Shown here: in pieces, positions 44,128 through 53,224 of the stretch | Numbering within the stretch: position 1 is the stretch's first letter | Layout: each line of letters starts with the position of its first letter | Origin: a virus | Lineage: Duplodnaviria > Caudoviricetes | Length of the DNA stretch: 64,000 nt | Direction: 5' to 3' (one strand) | IMG/VR virus record: IMGVR_UViG_3300020388_000011 | Span: 46,030 to 110,029 of that record | The notes under the pieces: generated by a model | Databases searched by the model: none | What the model saw: only the letters and a program-made list of their open reading frames with translations | Told to the model about the DNA's origin: nothing | Program-made: the position numbers and the translations under genes

Positions 44128-44523
44128 ATGCTAAAACCTATTCTCGCAGCAATTATATTCTCTCTTACACCAGTTGCCACACTGGCACAGGAGCAAGAGC
44201 CATATGACTATACTGGTTCTACACTTAGACAGCAGCAGTATCAGATCTATGAGCTAAACCGTCGCCTTCAGGTTCAAGGGAACCAGAGGGAGATTCAAAT
44301 GCTCCAAGATCGTGTAGCGAATGGAGGTCAGCCACCCAAACAAGTTATAGTTGAACAAAGAACTAACCCACTAGTGCCTATCCTAGGTGCTGCTATATTG
44401 GGTGGTGCTATTATCTACGGTGCTAATCAGAACAACCGTAGCTATCATCATCACCACGAATATTACCGAGATGGTAGAAGATACCGTATCTGTAGAGACC
44501 GCCACCGTCGTTATTATTGTTAA
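44128..44523 (+). CDS. Hypothetical exported protein
   Basis: Signal peptide, glycine zipper (GAAILGGAI), His/Arg-rich C-terminus. Confidence 0.65.
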   Translation: MLKPILAAIIFSLTPVATLAQEQEPYDYTGSTLRQQQYQIYELNRRLQVQGNQREIQMLQDRVANGGQPPKQVIVEQRTNPLVPILGAAILGGAIIYGANQNNRSYHHHHEYYRDGRRYRICRDRHRRYYC

Positions 44524-44525
44524 TT

Positions 44526-44735
44526 ATGGATTCTGTAGCACTATTTCTTTCTAGGGACTACACATTAAGTATTATTCAAGCATTACGTGAAGCAAAGGAG
44601 AGGTGTGAAGGAGATGGGCGTAGGATTATGGCTAAACAATATGAAGAAGTTGAGACCATTATGCGTTCTCAACACGATATTGCCCAAAGTATTAGGGAGA
44701 ATATGGATCGGAACGGCGGCGACTATTCACTATGA
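44526..44735 (+). CDS. Hypothetical protein
   Basis: ORF tiling between neighbours. Confidence 0.55.
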   Translation: MDSVALFLSRDYTLSIIQALREAKERCEGDGRRIMAKQYEEVETIMRSQHDIAQSIRENMDRNGGDYSL

Positions 44736-44950
44736 AAAGTTATGTCATCTTTTCGGCAGCCAGACACTTTAGTAACGTTGAGTATGAAAAATATCTTAGG
44801 ATTGCTACTCCAGATGAGATGGAGAAAGATCAGGTGAATATCAATACTTTCCAGCAGATTGCTGGTGTTCCAACACACCTTGATCATAGGGATATTATTA
44901 TCAATGCTATAAAATCTGACAATCTTGTTTATATTAAAGTTATTGACTAA
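44732..44950 (+). CDS. Hypothetical protein
   Basis: ATGA-coupled ORF. Confidence 0.55.
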   Translation: MKSYVIFSAARHFSNVEYEKYLRIATPDEMEKDQVNINTFQQIAGVPTHLDHRDIIINAIKSDNLVYIKVID

Positions 44951-44984
44951 TATGTGTTATAATGGAATCAACTAAATCTTTGCT

Positions 44985-45710
44985 ATGAATCATAATCTTA
45001 TCTTAGGTGAGTGCTTAGAGGAGATGTCTAAGCTAGATGATGATTGTGTTGACATGATCCTAACGGATTTACCATATGGAACAACTGCATGTAAGTGGGA
45101 CAGTATCATTCCCCTAGAAGAGATGTGGGAACAATTCAATAGAATCTGCAAGCAAGATGGGGCTATGGTATTTACAGCACAGCAGCCATTCACCACCACA
45201 TTAGCAGCATCAAACCTGAAGAACTTTAGGTATGAGTGGATATGGGAGAAGCCGCAAGGTACTAACCCAATGAATGCTAAGGTAATGCCTTTGAAGTCAC
45301 ATGAGAATATTCTAGTCTTCTATCGTAAGAAGCCAGTATATAATCCACAGATGGAGAAGGGTACACCTTATGGTGGGTTTAGCTCTGATACTGCTAAGAT
45401 TGGTGAGGTCTATGGTAGCGCCAAGAGTAAGCATAGAGACAACCCAGAAGGCACAAGATACCCAAAGACAGTGCTCAGGCATAAGCAAGAGAAGGGCTTA
45501 CATCCAACACAGAAGCCAACTACATTGATGGAGTATCTAATAAGAACATACACCAACGAAGGTGATACTGTATTAGATGCAACTATGGGTTCTGGTACTA
45601 CCGGTGTTGCTTGTAATAACACAGATAGAAACTTTATTGGTATTGAACAGGATGAGGAGTATTATAAGATCTGTCAGGAACGCATTCAGGTGGCTAGGCT
45701 CCCCTTCTGA
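44985..45710 (+). CDS. DNA methyltransferase, N4-C/N6-A beta class (orphan)
   Basis: DLPYG (motif IV), HPTQKP, D..MGSGTT (motif I). Confidence 0.9.
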   Translation: MNHNLILGECLEEMSKLDDDCVDMILTDLPYGTTACKWDSIIPLEEMWEQFNRICKQDGAMVFTAQQPFTTTLAASNLKNFRYEWIWEKPQGTNPMNAKVMPLKSHENILVFYRKKPVYNPQMEKGTPYGGFSSDTAKIGEVYGSAKSKHRDNPEGTRYPKTVLRHKQEKGLHPTQKPTTLMEYLIRTYTNEGDTVLDATMGSGTTGVACNNTDRNFIGIEQDEEYYKICQERIQVARLPF

Positions 45711-45765
45711 CCAATCTACAAAGTGTCACACCAAGCCTCTCACGGATCCCGTGGGGGGCTATACT
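45711..45765 (+). promoter_or_regulatory. Dyad-hairpin-(-10) element, diverged copy
   Basis: CCAATC-tac-AAAGTGTCAC; 11-bp hairpin with G-T pairs ending at TATACT. Confidence 0.65.
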
Positions 45766-45792
45766 AGTTGTATCAACAGAGCAGAGAACCAC

Positions 45793-47046
45793 GTGATTCA
45801 GCTTCGTCCCCACCAACAGCAAGGCACCGATGCTATGGACGTAGCTTCCCGTGGAATCATCTTGGTTCCTACTGGTGGTGGTAAGACCTTGATGGGCATT
45901 ATGGACGCCTGTAAGCGCTTTGAGAGCGCTTCTGAGCCCATCTCCATCATTGTTGTGGCTCCACGTCTCCTGCTCGCCAACCAGCTCTGTGAAGAGTATA
46001 TGGAGGTCATCAAAGATCAAGTCTCTACTCAAGTTGTTCCCGCTCATATTCATTCTGGGGACACCTCACATTTCTCTACCACCAAAGCCAGTGAGATCCG
46101 TAACTTCATCTCTATGACCCAGGCAGCGGGTCTTCACAGCATCTTCTTTACCACCTATCACAGCCTTCATAGACTCGCTGAGAGTAGTGTTCATGCTGAC
46201 ACCATTTACTTTGACGAGGCACACAACAGCGTCCAAAGGGGCTTCTATCCAGCTGTAAAGTTCTTCTCAGAGACCACGCAACGCGCATTCTTCTTCACCG
46301 CCACACCTAAGCACAGTGTGACCCCAAAGAAGCCTGGTATGAACGACAGCAGTGTCTATGGAAACGTCATCGTCAACGTAGAGGCTTCTAAGCTTGTCCA
46401 AGGGGGCTTCATTGTTCGTCCACAGGTCGTAGCACGTGAGCTACGTATGCTTCAGCGGGACGAATTGACTTCTGAGCGTGACTCTGAGCACATCATCCAG
46501 AGCATTGACGAGAGTCGCGTTAGTAAGGTTCTGGTCTGCGCCAAGAGTGTAAAACAGATCACTCGTATGGTTGCTGAGTCTACCTTTGTGAATGACTTGA
46601 AGGCACGTGGCTTCTCCTATATGTACATCTCTGCAAAGACTGGTGCAGTCATCGATGGACGCAAAGTAACACGCGAAACATTCTTTAAGACACTCAATGC
46701 TTGGGGCGCTGACAACACGAAGCAGTTTGTAGTTCTTCACCACTCTATCCTCTCTGAAGGTATCAATGTTTCTGGTCTTGAAGCTGTTATTATGCTGAGA
46801 GCTATGGATGCTATCGGTATTTCTCAGACCATCGGTCGTGTGATCCGTTTACACAAAGATGATGCTGCTGGTCTCCGTGCGGGAACCATCACTCCTGGTG
46901 ATACTGACGCTTACACTAAGTCTTTTGGTTTGGTGATTGTACCTGTATTCAACAGGGCTCAACAGGGCGTAGCACGTTCTATTGATAAGATTGTGGACCT
47001 TGTATTTGAGCAAGGTGGTGCTGCTACTTCTGTCATTCGGAGATAA
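45793..47046 (+). CDS. SF2 DEAD/DEAH-like helicase
   Basis: LRPHQ, PTGGGKT, DEAH, TATP, LSEGINV, QTIGRVIR; start moved to GTG 45793, downstream of the promoter element. Confidence 0.88.
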   Translation: MIQLRPHQQQGTDAMDVASRGIILVPTGGGKTLMGIMDACKRFESASEPISIIVVAPRLLLANQLCEEYMEVIKDQVSTQVVPAHIHSGDTSHFSTTKASEIRNFISMTQAAGLHSIFFTTYHSLHRLAESSVHADTIYFDEAHNSVQRGFYPAVKFFSETTQRAFFFTATPKHSVTPKKPGMNDSSVYGNVIVNVEASKLVQGGFIVRPQVVARELRMLQRDELTSERDSEHIIQSIDESRVSKVLVCAKSVKQITRMVAESTFVNDLKARGFSYMYISAKTGAVIDGRKVTRETFFKTLNAWGADNTKQFVVLHHSILSEGINVSGLEAVIMLRAMDAIGISQTIGRVIRLHKDDAAGLRAGTITPGDTDAYTKSFGLVIVPVFNRAQQGVARSIDKIVDLVFEQGGAATSVIRR

Positions 47047-47073
47047 ATAAACATATAAGGTTAAAATAAAATA

Positions 47074-47895
47074 ATGTCAGCTATCATTTTTCCAGAAAAT
47101 CCCACACTAAATGAACAGTTTCTAGCGGGTGATTATGCGTTTCAATGGAATGGAACTGCTTGGATTGGAATATCAGTATCACCAGAGGGATTAGAAGGTG
47201 CTACTGGACCCCAAGGACCTAATGGTCCCACTGGTCCTGATGGTCCTTCTGGTCCTGACGGTCCTGATGGTCCCACTGGTCCTGATGGTCCTTCTGGTCC
47301 TCCTGGTCCAAGCGTCACTGGTCCTCCTGGTCCCGATGGTCCTGACGGTCCCGATGGTCCTCCTGGTCCAAGCGTCACTGGTCCTCCTGGTCCCGATGGT
47401 CCTCCTGGTCCTTCAGTAACTGGTCCTCCTGGTCCTCCTGGTCCTGTTGGTCCTGTTCCTAGTTTTGCTTTTGTGTCTCATCAACAACCAAGTGGAACAA
47501 ATGGTGGGGCGTTAATTGCTGGATATCAAACGCAACCATTGAATACTGAATTTGATCCCGATGGTATAGTTACTCTGAGTAATAACCAATTCACTCTTGG
47601 TGTTGGTACTTACGTAATTGAGTGGGCAGCTCCTGCGCGGGATAATAGTGGGCAAAGATCAAAACTGACAAATGTTACATCTAATTCGGTTCAAGCATTA
47701 GGTAGCTCCGTTATCAGTTCGAGTAGTGGTAAGTTTTCAAATGGTACAACGAAAGTAGTGATTTCATCTAATACAACATTTAAAATTGAAACTTATTCTG
47801 TACAAGGATCTTTTGGTAATACTGAAGGTCTAGGGGGTGCTGTCAGTTCTGGTGACAACGAAGTTTATGCTTCAGTCTCTATTTTTAAATATTGA
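47074..47895 (+). CDS. Short collagen-like fibre protein (GPD/GPP repeats) with a C1q-like beta head
   Basis: FPENP...WNG.AW N-terminus, G-P-X block, ...NNQFTL..GTY.I. Confidence 0.8.
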   Translation: MSAIIFPENPTLNEQFLAGDYAFQWNGTAWIGISVSPEGLEGATGPQGPNGPTGPDGPSGPDGPDGPTGPDGPSGPPGPSVTGPPGPDGPDGPDGPPGPSVTGPPGPDGPPGPSVTGPPGPPGPVGPVPSFAFVSHQQPSGTNGGALIAGYQTQPLNTEFDPDGIVTLSNNQFTLGVGTYVIEWAAPARDNSGQRSKLTNVTSNSVQALGSSVISSSSGKFSNGTTKVVISSNTTFKIETYSVQGSFGNTEGLGGAVSSGDNEVYASVSIFKY

Positions 47896-47944
47896 CACTG
47901 TAGTCATTCGGAGATAAATACACCTATAATGTTAAAATAACATA

Positions 47945-48640
47945 ATGGCAGCCATCACTTTCCCAGAAAATCCAGTACTAAACCAGCAGTTTCTAGCGGG
48001 TGATTATGCTTTCCAGTGGAACGGGGCAGCTTGGATTGGAATATCAGTATCACCAGAAGGGCTTGAAGGTGCTACTGGTCCAGAAGGACCTAGTGGTGCC
48101 GATGGTTCTACTGGAGCCACTGGCGATGATGGTCCTAGTGGTCCCCAAGGTACGACTGGCGCTACTGGCGCTAATGCTATTGGTCAGGTAGTATCAACAA
48201 CTAAGACTGATACTTATTATGCCGCAACTAGTAACTGGATTGATATTCCTAGTTTTAGTATTACTCTAACTCCATCATCAGCTTCTAGTAAGTTTATGGT
48301 GTTTGTTAATATCAAAGCATCAGTGACCCCCAACCAAGTTGGGGCATTCAGACTTGTTAGGAATGGTACTCTAGTCGGTAACGGTGTTGCAGCTGGTCAA
48401 CGTCCAGCAGCATTTTCTAGGATTGTAAATGTTGATAATGCTTTCGCTCAGATGTTTGACGTAGCACATTCATACTTGGATTCGCCAGCAACAACATCAG
48501 CCGTTACTTATACAGTACAGATGAAAAATCTCACTGGCTTTGGCGATGAAATTTTAACAATTAACCGTGTCGTTTCTGATAATGATATTGGATTAAATGC
48601 AAGGTTGGCATCAACTATCTCAGCCATTGAAGTTGTATAG
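47945..48640 (+). CDS. Short collagen-like fibre protein, paralogue with a different head
   Basis: First ~46 aa nearly identical to 47074; head resembles the C-terminus of 29415 (SYLDSP.T...TY..Q). Confidence 0.8.
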   Translation: MAAITFPENPVLNQQFLAGDYAFQWNGAAWIGISVSPEGLEGATGPEGPSGADGSTGATGDDGPSGPQGTTGATGANAIGQVVSTTKTDTYYAATSNWIDIPSFSITLTPSSASSKFMVFVNIKASVTPNQVGAFRLVRNGTLVGNGVAAGQRPAAFSRIVNVDNAFAQMFDVAHSYLDSPATTSAVTYTVQMKNLTGFGDEILTINRVVSDNDIGLNARLASTISAIEVV

Positions 48641-48674
48641 GTATATGCTATAATATCAGGAGTAAATATCATAG

Positions 48675-48800
48675 ATGACTATGAAGACATTTTTAAACTA
48701 TGCTATAGTGGCTTGTCTTGCTGTTATTACTTGGGAGTATGGACATCCATACATTCCCGGTCTAGTCGTTGATCATCCAGTTCACGAACATACACACTAA
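48675..48800 (+). CDS. Small membrane peptide (41 aa)
   Basis: MTMKTFLNYAIVACLAVITWEYGHPY...; follows TGCTATAAT and AGGAG. Confidence 0.5.
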   Translation: MTMKTFLNYAIVACLAVITWEYGHPYIPGLVVDHPVHEHTH

Positions 48801-48801
48801 A

Positions 48802-48963
48802 ATGGAACCAGTAACCTTAACTCTTACTATGCTAGTAGGATTAGTTCAAATATCACCTAATACTTGTGAATTTGAACTACTTCATCCTAATGGTCAGATT
48901 GACACGCATCAGGTAGAATGTAGATTAATATACAGAGAAGATTTACTACAGATCAAATCGTAA
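48802..48963 (+). CDS. Hypothetical protein
   Basis: MEPVTLTLTMLVGLVQISPNTC... Confidence 0.55.
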   Translation: MEPVTLTLTMLVGLVQISPNTCEFELLHPNGQIDTHQVECRLIYREDLLQIKS

Positions 48964-49014
48964 ACTGTCCACTACAATTTGCCATATTATACACAGTGAT
49001 GTATAATATGTTCA

Positions 49015-49097
49015 TCACTCAATGATAGTCCTGAATAAGACTTTAAAAGATTTCAAGCTCCCACAAAGGATCCTGAAAGATCATTTGACTTGAGTGA
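49015..49097 (+). ncRNA. Candidate structured RNA
   Basis: TCACTCAA/TTGAGTGA closing stem enclosing two hairpins with CTGAA loops; begins at the predicted TSS of TATAAT 49002-49007. Confidence 0.4.
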
Positions 49098-49113
49098 GTG
49101 CTTGTGCTACAAT
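49085..49113 (+). promoter_or_regulatory. Sigma70-type promoter
   Basis: TTGACT-17 bp-TACAAT with TG extension. Confidence 0.7.
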
Positions 49114-49168
49114 TCATCGGTAATCAATTGCGATTACTTAGTTCTTTATTATTTTACAAATATAAAAA

Positions 49169-49738
49169 ATGTTCAACAAATCAATTCTAGCCGCTGCTCT
49201 TCTTACAGTCGGCGCAATCGCTGGCGGATCTGCTGTATCTGCCGCTGAAATTGGTGTCCGCAACACCACTGGCTTCTCTACTCGTAACGTTACTGGTGGT
49301 CAGAGTTCCTACGTTCGTAGCGTAACTGGTCAGTTTACTGAGAATTCTTCTGGTAGCGTACTTGAAGTCAACGCCAACAACTATTCAGTTCTTGACGTAT
49401 CAGAATCTACTGGTGCTGTCTCCACAGGTACCTTTGAAGGTGGTTTTGGTGGAAGGGCAGCAGGTCTTGTTTCGGGTAACCGATCTATCGTTGGCTTTAG
49501 CAATGGTCGCGCACGTGCCGACCTAGGTCTACAAGGCGGTCTCTCGGGCGATATCATTCTAAATGAGGGTGATAGTTCTTCATCTACTGGAACTGTTAGA
49601 GATGGTGACTTCCGTCGCGCTTCCAGCGAGTATACTCGTAATGAAAGTGGTGATATCCGTGAAGTAACTCGTGAGAGCTTCAACTTTAGTGGTCGCTCAC
49701 GTTCAGACTTCTCTGAGCTAAGCACCTTCTCACGCTGA
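49169..49738 (+). CDS. Exported hypothetical protein (Ser/Gly/Thr-rich beta)
   Basis: Sec signal peptide ending ...SAVSA/AE. Confidence 0.75.
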   Translation: MFNKSILAAALLTVGAIAGGSAVSAAEIGVRNTTGFSTRNVTGGQSSYVRSVTGQFTENSSGSVLEVNANNYSVLDVSESTGAVSTGTFEGGFGGRAAGLVSGNRSIVGFSNGRARADLGLQGGLSGDIILNEGDSSSSTGTVRDGDFRRASSEYTRNESGDIREVTRESFNFSGRSRSDFSELSTFSR

Positions 49739-49798
49739 TAGAATATAAGGGGGAGTGGTTCCCCCATCACCCCTTTTTATTATTCCTCTTTGATAACA

Positions 49799-50449
49799 AT
49801 GTTTAAGAATATTTCAAAATTTGCTGCTTTTGCTGCTGTTGTTCTATCTTCTGCCCCTGTTATGGCACAAGATGCTAGATTCAACGCAAATGCAAATAAC
49901 AGCGCACAAAACACCCAGACTAACTCTGGTGCAGTCAACCTAGCCCCTATGGGTGGTTCAAACGCCAACTATCAGATCAACTCAGTATCTAATAGTCAGT
50001 TCGGTTTTGCTCCTGGTATTCAATGTCCAACTCCAGAGCTTGCATTTGGTGGATTCGGTGGACAAACCAATGGTTGGGGCAACACAGGTTACAACACCGC
50101 TGGTAACAACCTAGGTGGTACAGTAATGTTCACAATGCCTATCGGTGGTGATACTGCCGAGTATTGTAAGGAGCTTGCGCGTGAAATCGCAAAGCAACGT
50201 CGTTTAGATACTGAAGTCAATATGATTCGTCAGTGTGCTCAACTTGCCAACTCAGGCATCACCATTGATGTGGAGCAGTTCCCTGACTTTGCTCTATGTG
50301 CTGGTGTACGTGGTGTAAATGGCAACACAGCCCTCCTAGCGGAGCCTGAGCGTGTATTCAGTCCTGCTGATACAGCTATTCCTGTTGTACCCGTGAGCAA
50401 GACTCTTACTAGTCTAGAGCAGCAACTTAATGCGGTTACCGCAAACTGA
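49799..50449 (+). CDS. Exported hypothetical protein
   Basis: Signal peptide ending ...APVMA/Q; Asn/Gln-rich N-terminus, GIQCPTP, four Cys. Confidence 0.75.
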   Translation: MFKNISKFAAFAAVVLSSAPVMAQDARFNANANNSAQNTQTNSGAVNLAPMGGSNANYQINSVSNSQFGFAPGIQCPTPELAFGGFGGQTNGWGNTGYNTAGNNLGGTVMFTMPIGGDTAEYCKELAREIAKQRRLDTEVNMIRQCAQLANSGITIDVEQFPDFALCAGVRGVNGNTALLAEPERVFSPADTAIPVVPVSKTLTSLEQQLNAVTAN

Positions 50450-50533
50450 TCCAATTCTAAAACTGGAACATAAGCCCCCACAAGGGGTTTTTTAATGCTA
50501 TAATTTATTCATACCAACCAAGGTCACTCACAA

Positions 50534-50728
50534 ATGTCAGAAAACATGAGCTACGCATCCGTTCTTTATGAAATGCAAGAAATTAAGGATGAATGGCGTC
50601 GTAATGACTATACATATCTAGAAGGTCAGAAAGAACGTTATGCTCTTCTTCTTGAAGTTCGTCGAGTTCGTGTTGCTCAAATGTACGCAGACGGACGAGT
50701 ACACGATGGATCAATGCAGTCAGGCTGA
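50534..50728 (+). CDS. Hypothetical protein
   Basis: ORF directly after promoter element 50451-50504. Confidence 0.6.
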   Translation: MSENMSYASVLYEMQEIKDEWRRNDYTYLEGQKERYALLLEVRRVRVAQMYADGRVHDGSMQSG

Positions 50729-50762
50729 TACGCAGCAACTTGAACTAAACAACGCAATTATT

Positions 50763-51005
50763 ATGGAAAATCAACCCCTAGATCAGTACTGGACAACCCC
50801 ATATGGCGATTTTGCCATCCGAAAGACACGATTTGGGGTTTATACTTCATATGACCGTGAATTAGTTCAACTAGTAACAGGTGGTACATATGAAGCTGTC
50901 TTTAAAATGACCCCATCACACCTACAATGGGCACGAGAAGGATATATTGTACCTAAAGGACAAGAAGTAGGTTCCTATTCATCATCCGTTGGAGTAAAAC
51001 TATGA
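50763..51005 (+). CDS. Hypothetical protein
   Basis: MENQPLDQYW...Y...VG.KL; start moved to 50763. Confidence 0.6.
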   Translation: MENQPLDQYWTTPYGDFAIRKTRFGVYTSYDRELVQLVTGGTYEAVFKMTPSHLQWAREGYIVPKGQEVGSYSSSVGVKL

Positions 51006-51373
51006 CACACGACTACAAAGAAACATTGTACATCAATTTGTTCAATGTATTGAGTGAATTGACCGAGCACGAGTCCCCAGAAGCAATCTTTGATCGCATC
51101 GTAGAAGACTTTGCTACAAGTGCAGAGTATCATATGGGTCAAGCAGACACTTTCAAGTCCATGCTAGACACATTTAGGCACGACAATCCAGTAAATACAG
51201 TATCTGATGGAGCTGATAGTCTTGTTCTATCTGACAATGATTTCACTCTAGAAGAGGCTGAATCTATGTTGAGTGGTGTTAATCCATTTGATAGGGAACA
51301 ATTGTTAGAGGACCGTGACCAACTGCTTAAATTTATGTCAAGTGTAAGTTTTCCTGACACATCAGAGCTATAA
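51002..51373 (+). CDS. Acidic hypothetical protein
   Basis: ATGA-coupled ORF. Confidence 0.6.
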   Translation: MTHDYKETLYINLFNVLSELTEHESPEAIFDRIVEDFATSAEYHMGQADTFKSMLDTFRHDNPVNTVSDGADSLVLSDNDFTLEEAESMLSGVNPFDREQLLEDRDQLLKFMSSVSFPDTSEL

Positions 51374-51397
51374 ATATACCATACCAGCGGAATCATT

Positions 51398-51553
51398 ATG
51401 GACAACGATTACATCGAAATTGATCATTGCGCAATGGCACATGAAACCGAAAAATGGTTTAAGGAGCGTGATAAGAACAGCTGGAGATCAAAGTATGAGA
51501 GATTCTGTGAAGAGAATCCATGGGATCTGGAGTGTAAAATCTTCGATACCTAA
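51398..51553 (+). CDS. CP12-like peptide (51 aa, C-terminal motif only), not in ORF track
   Basis: Ends ERFCEENPWDLECKIFDT, matching the CP12 E.(Y/F)C...P...EC..(Y/F)D motif; late promoter at 51369. Confidence 0.7.
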   Translation: MDNDYIEIDHCAMAHETEKWFKERDKNSWRSKYERFCEENPWDLECKIFDT

Positions 51554-51626
51554 AGTCAGTTAGTAAACTGTCACACCTATTAACCATAGTCCCCCTTAAA
51601 TGGACTATATTAAATCTGTTGAGACG

Positions 51627-51818
51627 ATGACCTACCAAATGTTCGTTACTGATCAGTACATCACCTTCACATATGCCATCTCAACTGAAGGAGTTGATTA
51701 TGGTACGGGGTATTATCTCACCCAAGAATATAGTGATGGTGGTATGGACTATTTTGGTCCATATGACTACGAGGAAGACGCACGTAGCATCATATCCAAC
51801 ACACCACGTATTTTTTAA
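51627..51818 (+). CDS. Hypothetical protein
   Basis: GPY..EE.A motif; start after promoter element 51555-51611. Confidence 0.55.
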   Translation: MTYQMFVTDQYITFTYAISTEGVDYGTGYYLTQEYSDGGMDYFGPYDYEEDARSIISNTPRIF

Positions 51819-51820
51819 CT

Positions 51821-51949
51821 ATGAATAACCTTATTGAAGACTTTGATTTATTTGAAGCACTCGGTATTTCTGAAGAATGGGAAGATCAAGAGGTTGCTGA
51901 CGAATATGCAGAACAAGACGCTCGCACACTAAAAGAATATGGCTTTTAA
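51821..51949 (+). CDS. Small acidic peptide (42 aa)
   Basis: MNNLIEDFDLFEALGISEEWEDQEVADEYAEQDARTLKEYGF. Confidence 0.5.
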   Translation: MNNLIEDFDLFEALGISEEWEDQEVADEYAEQDARTLKEYGF

Positions 51950-52241
51950 TTTAGGCTACGCTGGAGAAGCATTCCCCTTCTTCAGGCTAGCCATCGGTGC
52001 TGTACTTGTATGGGCAGGACTAAACATTAGTATTGTTATTATTGAAAACTCGGAGGAGAATTTGTGATTGATTGGAGTCAATATGTATATGCATTCATTA
52101 TTGGATGTATGTTATACATTGCTTATGAATCCATCGTAAATAAAATTAAGCTTCTTGAAAAAAAATTTGAGAAAAGACTAAAACATCATAGAGATCTTTT
52201 TGAGAATGAAATCTCAAAAGTTTACGACAACCTAGAATAAC

Positions 52242-52547
52242 ATGGATTTTATAGTAACAGTTAGGACATACACTGGTGCTGTTAAGTCAGTAGAAGTCAA
52301 GAACATGCCCGATGAGGATGCTGCCCGTGCTGAAGCGGTTAGCTTAACTTTTGGGCGTGTTCTTTCTATTGAGAGAACAGATACCGAGGAAGTTGTAGTA
52401 GTAGATACTACACCAAAGAAGAAAAAGCGGAAACTACCTGAAATTGAAAGAGAACTGATGCCTGGTGAGACTGAAACTATCGTCACTGGATACGATAACA
52501 ATCCACTAGCAGTCTTCTCATACCTAAATGATGATGGGTTAGTGTGA
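52242..52547 (+). CDS. Hypothetical protein
   Basis: 101-aa ORF ending at a repeat element. Confidence 0.6.
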   Translation: MDFIVTVRTYTGAVKSVEVKNMPDEDAARAEAVSLTFGRVLSIERTDTEEVVVVDTTPKKKKRKLPEIERELMPGETETIVTGYDNNPLAVFSYLNDDGLV

Positions 52548-52608
52548 CGGATACTGTAGTGTCCACCTAACCCCCACAGGGTACCCAAATGCCCTATACT
52601 AATTACAT
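52544..52608 (+). repeat. Dyad-hairpin-(-10) promoter repeat, core copy
   Basis: TGTCCACCTAACCCCCACAGGGTACCCAAATGCCCTATACTAATTACAT; 48/49 identical to 52922-52970. Confidence 0.85.
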
Positions 52609-52625
52609 ACCAAAGGAAAATCTTA

Positions 52626-52919
52626 ATGAAGAATAATATCTATGTTCTTAACGGCGTTTTAAGTGATTATAGTTTAGGTATGGCAGTAATCTGTGCCCAA
52701 AATCTCACTCGATGTAGGGAGATATATAGTGATAATTTTATCATTGGGCGTGGTACTGATGTGTATCTAAAACAGTTTGATCGTTCGATTGAAATAGGAA
52801 CATTTAGGGTCATAGAAGATGCTACGGATCAACCTGAAGGTGTTATCTCGTGTGTTTATGCTTATTGTTCTTCTGAAGAGCTTTCTACAGACTATGACAA
52901 AATACATGGCAAGTCCTAA
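52626..52919 (+). CDS. Hypothetical protein (single-gene cassette)
   Basis: Bounded by repeats; stop codon lies inside the next repeat. Confidence 0.6.
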   Translation: MKNNIYVLNGVLSDYSLGMAVICAQNLTRCREIYSDNFIIGRGTDVYLKQFDRSIEIGTFRVIEDATDQPEGVISCVYAYCSSEELSTDYDKIHGKS

Positions 52920-52970
52920 ACTGTCCACCTAACCCCCACAGGGCACCCAAATGCCCTATACTAATTACAT
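52909..52970 (+). repeat. Dyad-hairpin-(-10) promoter repeat, core copy
   Basis: AAACTGTCCAC...CCCCCACAGGGCACCCAAATGCCCTATACT. Confidence 0.85.
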
Positions 52971-52985
52971 CAACACAGGACCCCA

Positions 52986-53174
52986 ATGAACTCCGATCTT
53001 ATTAAACTAATGGAAGCACAGGGATCTGATGGAATCCTAGAAATGATGGTTGATAGGGATGGTTCAACTTTCTTGCTTGAAAAGCTTTTTGCCACAATGG
53101 ATGAAACAGAGGTTGCCGAGTGGGTTGCCTGGTTTAAGTCCAGTGTAGAAACCTACACACGAAACCACCCATAG
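52986..53174 (+). CDS. Hypothetical protein (single-gene cassette)
   Basis: 62-aa ORF between repeats. Confidence 0.6.
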   Translation: MNSDLIKLMEAQGSDGILEMMVDRDGSTFLLEKLFATMDETEVAEWVAWFKSSVETYTRNHP

Positions 53175-53224
53175 GGTCTTCAATGCCCTATACTAATCAC
53201 ATCAACACAAAAGACTTTCTTCCA

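Noticed and set aside
44985-47046. Methyltransferase + helicase as a Type III restriction-modification system
   Set aside because: The MTase is short with no large TRD, the helicase lacks a nuclease domain, and a separate promoter element lies between them; the 45577 start overlap is an artefact
47032-48640. Diversity-generating retroelement or invertible tail-fibre switch
   Set aside because: No reverse transcriptase or invertase, no adenine-specific TR/VR pattern, and the repeats are direct
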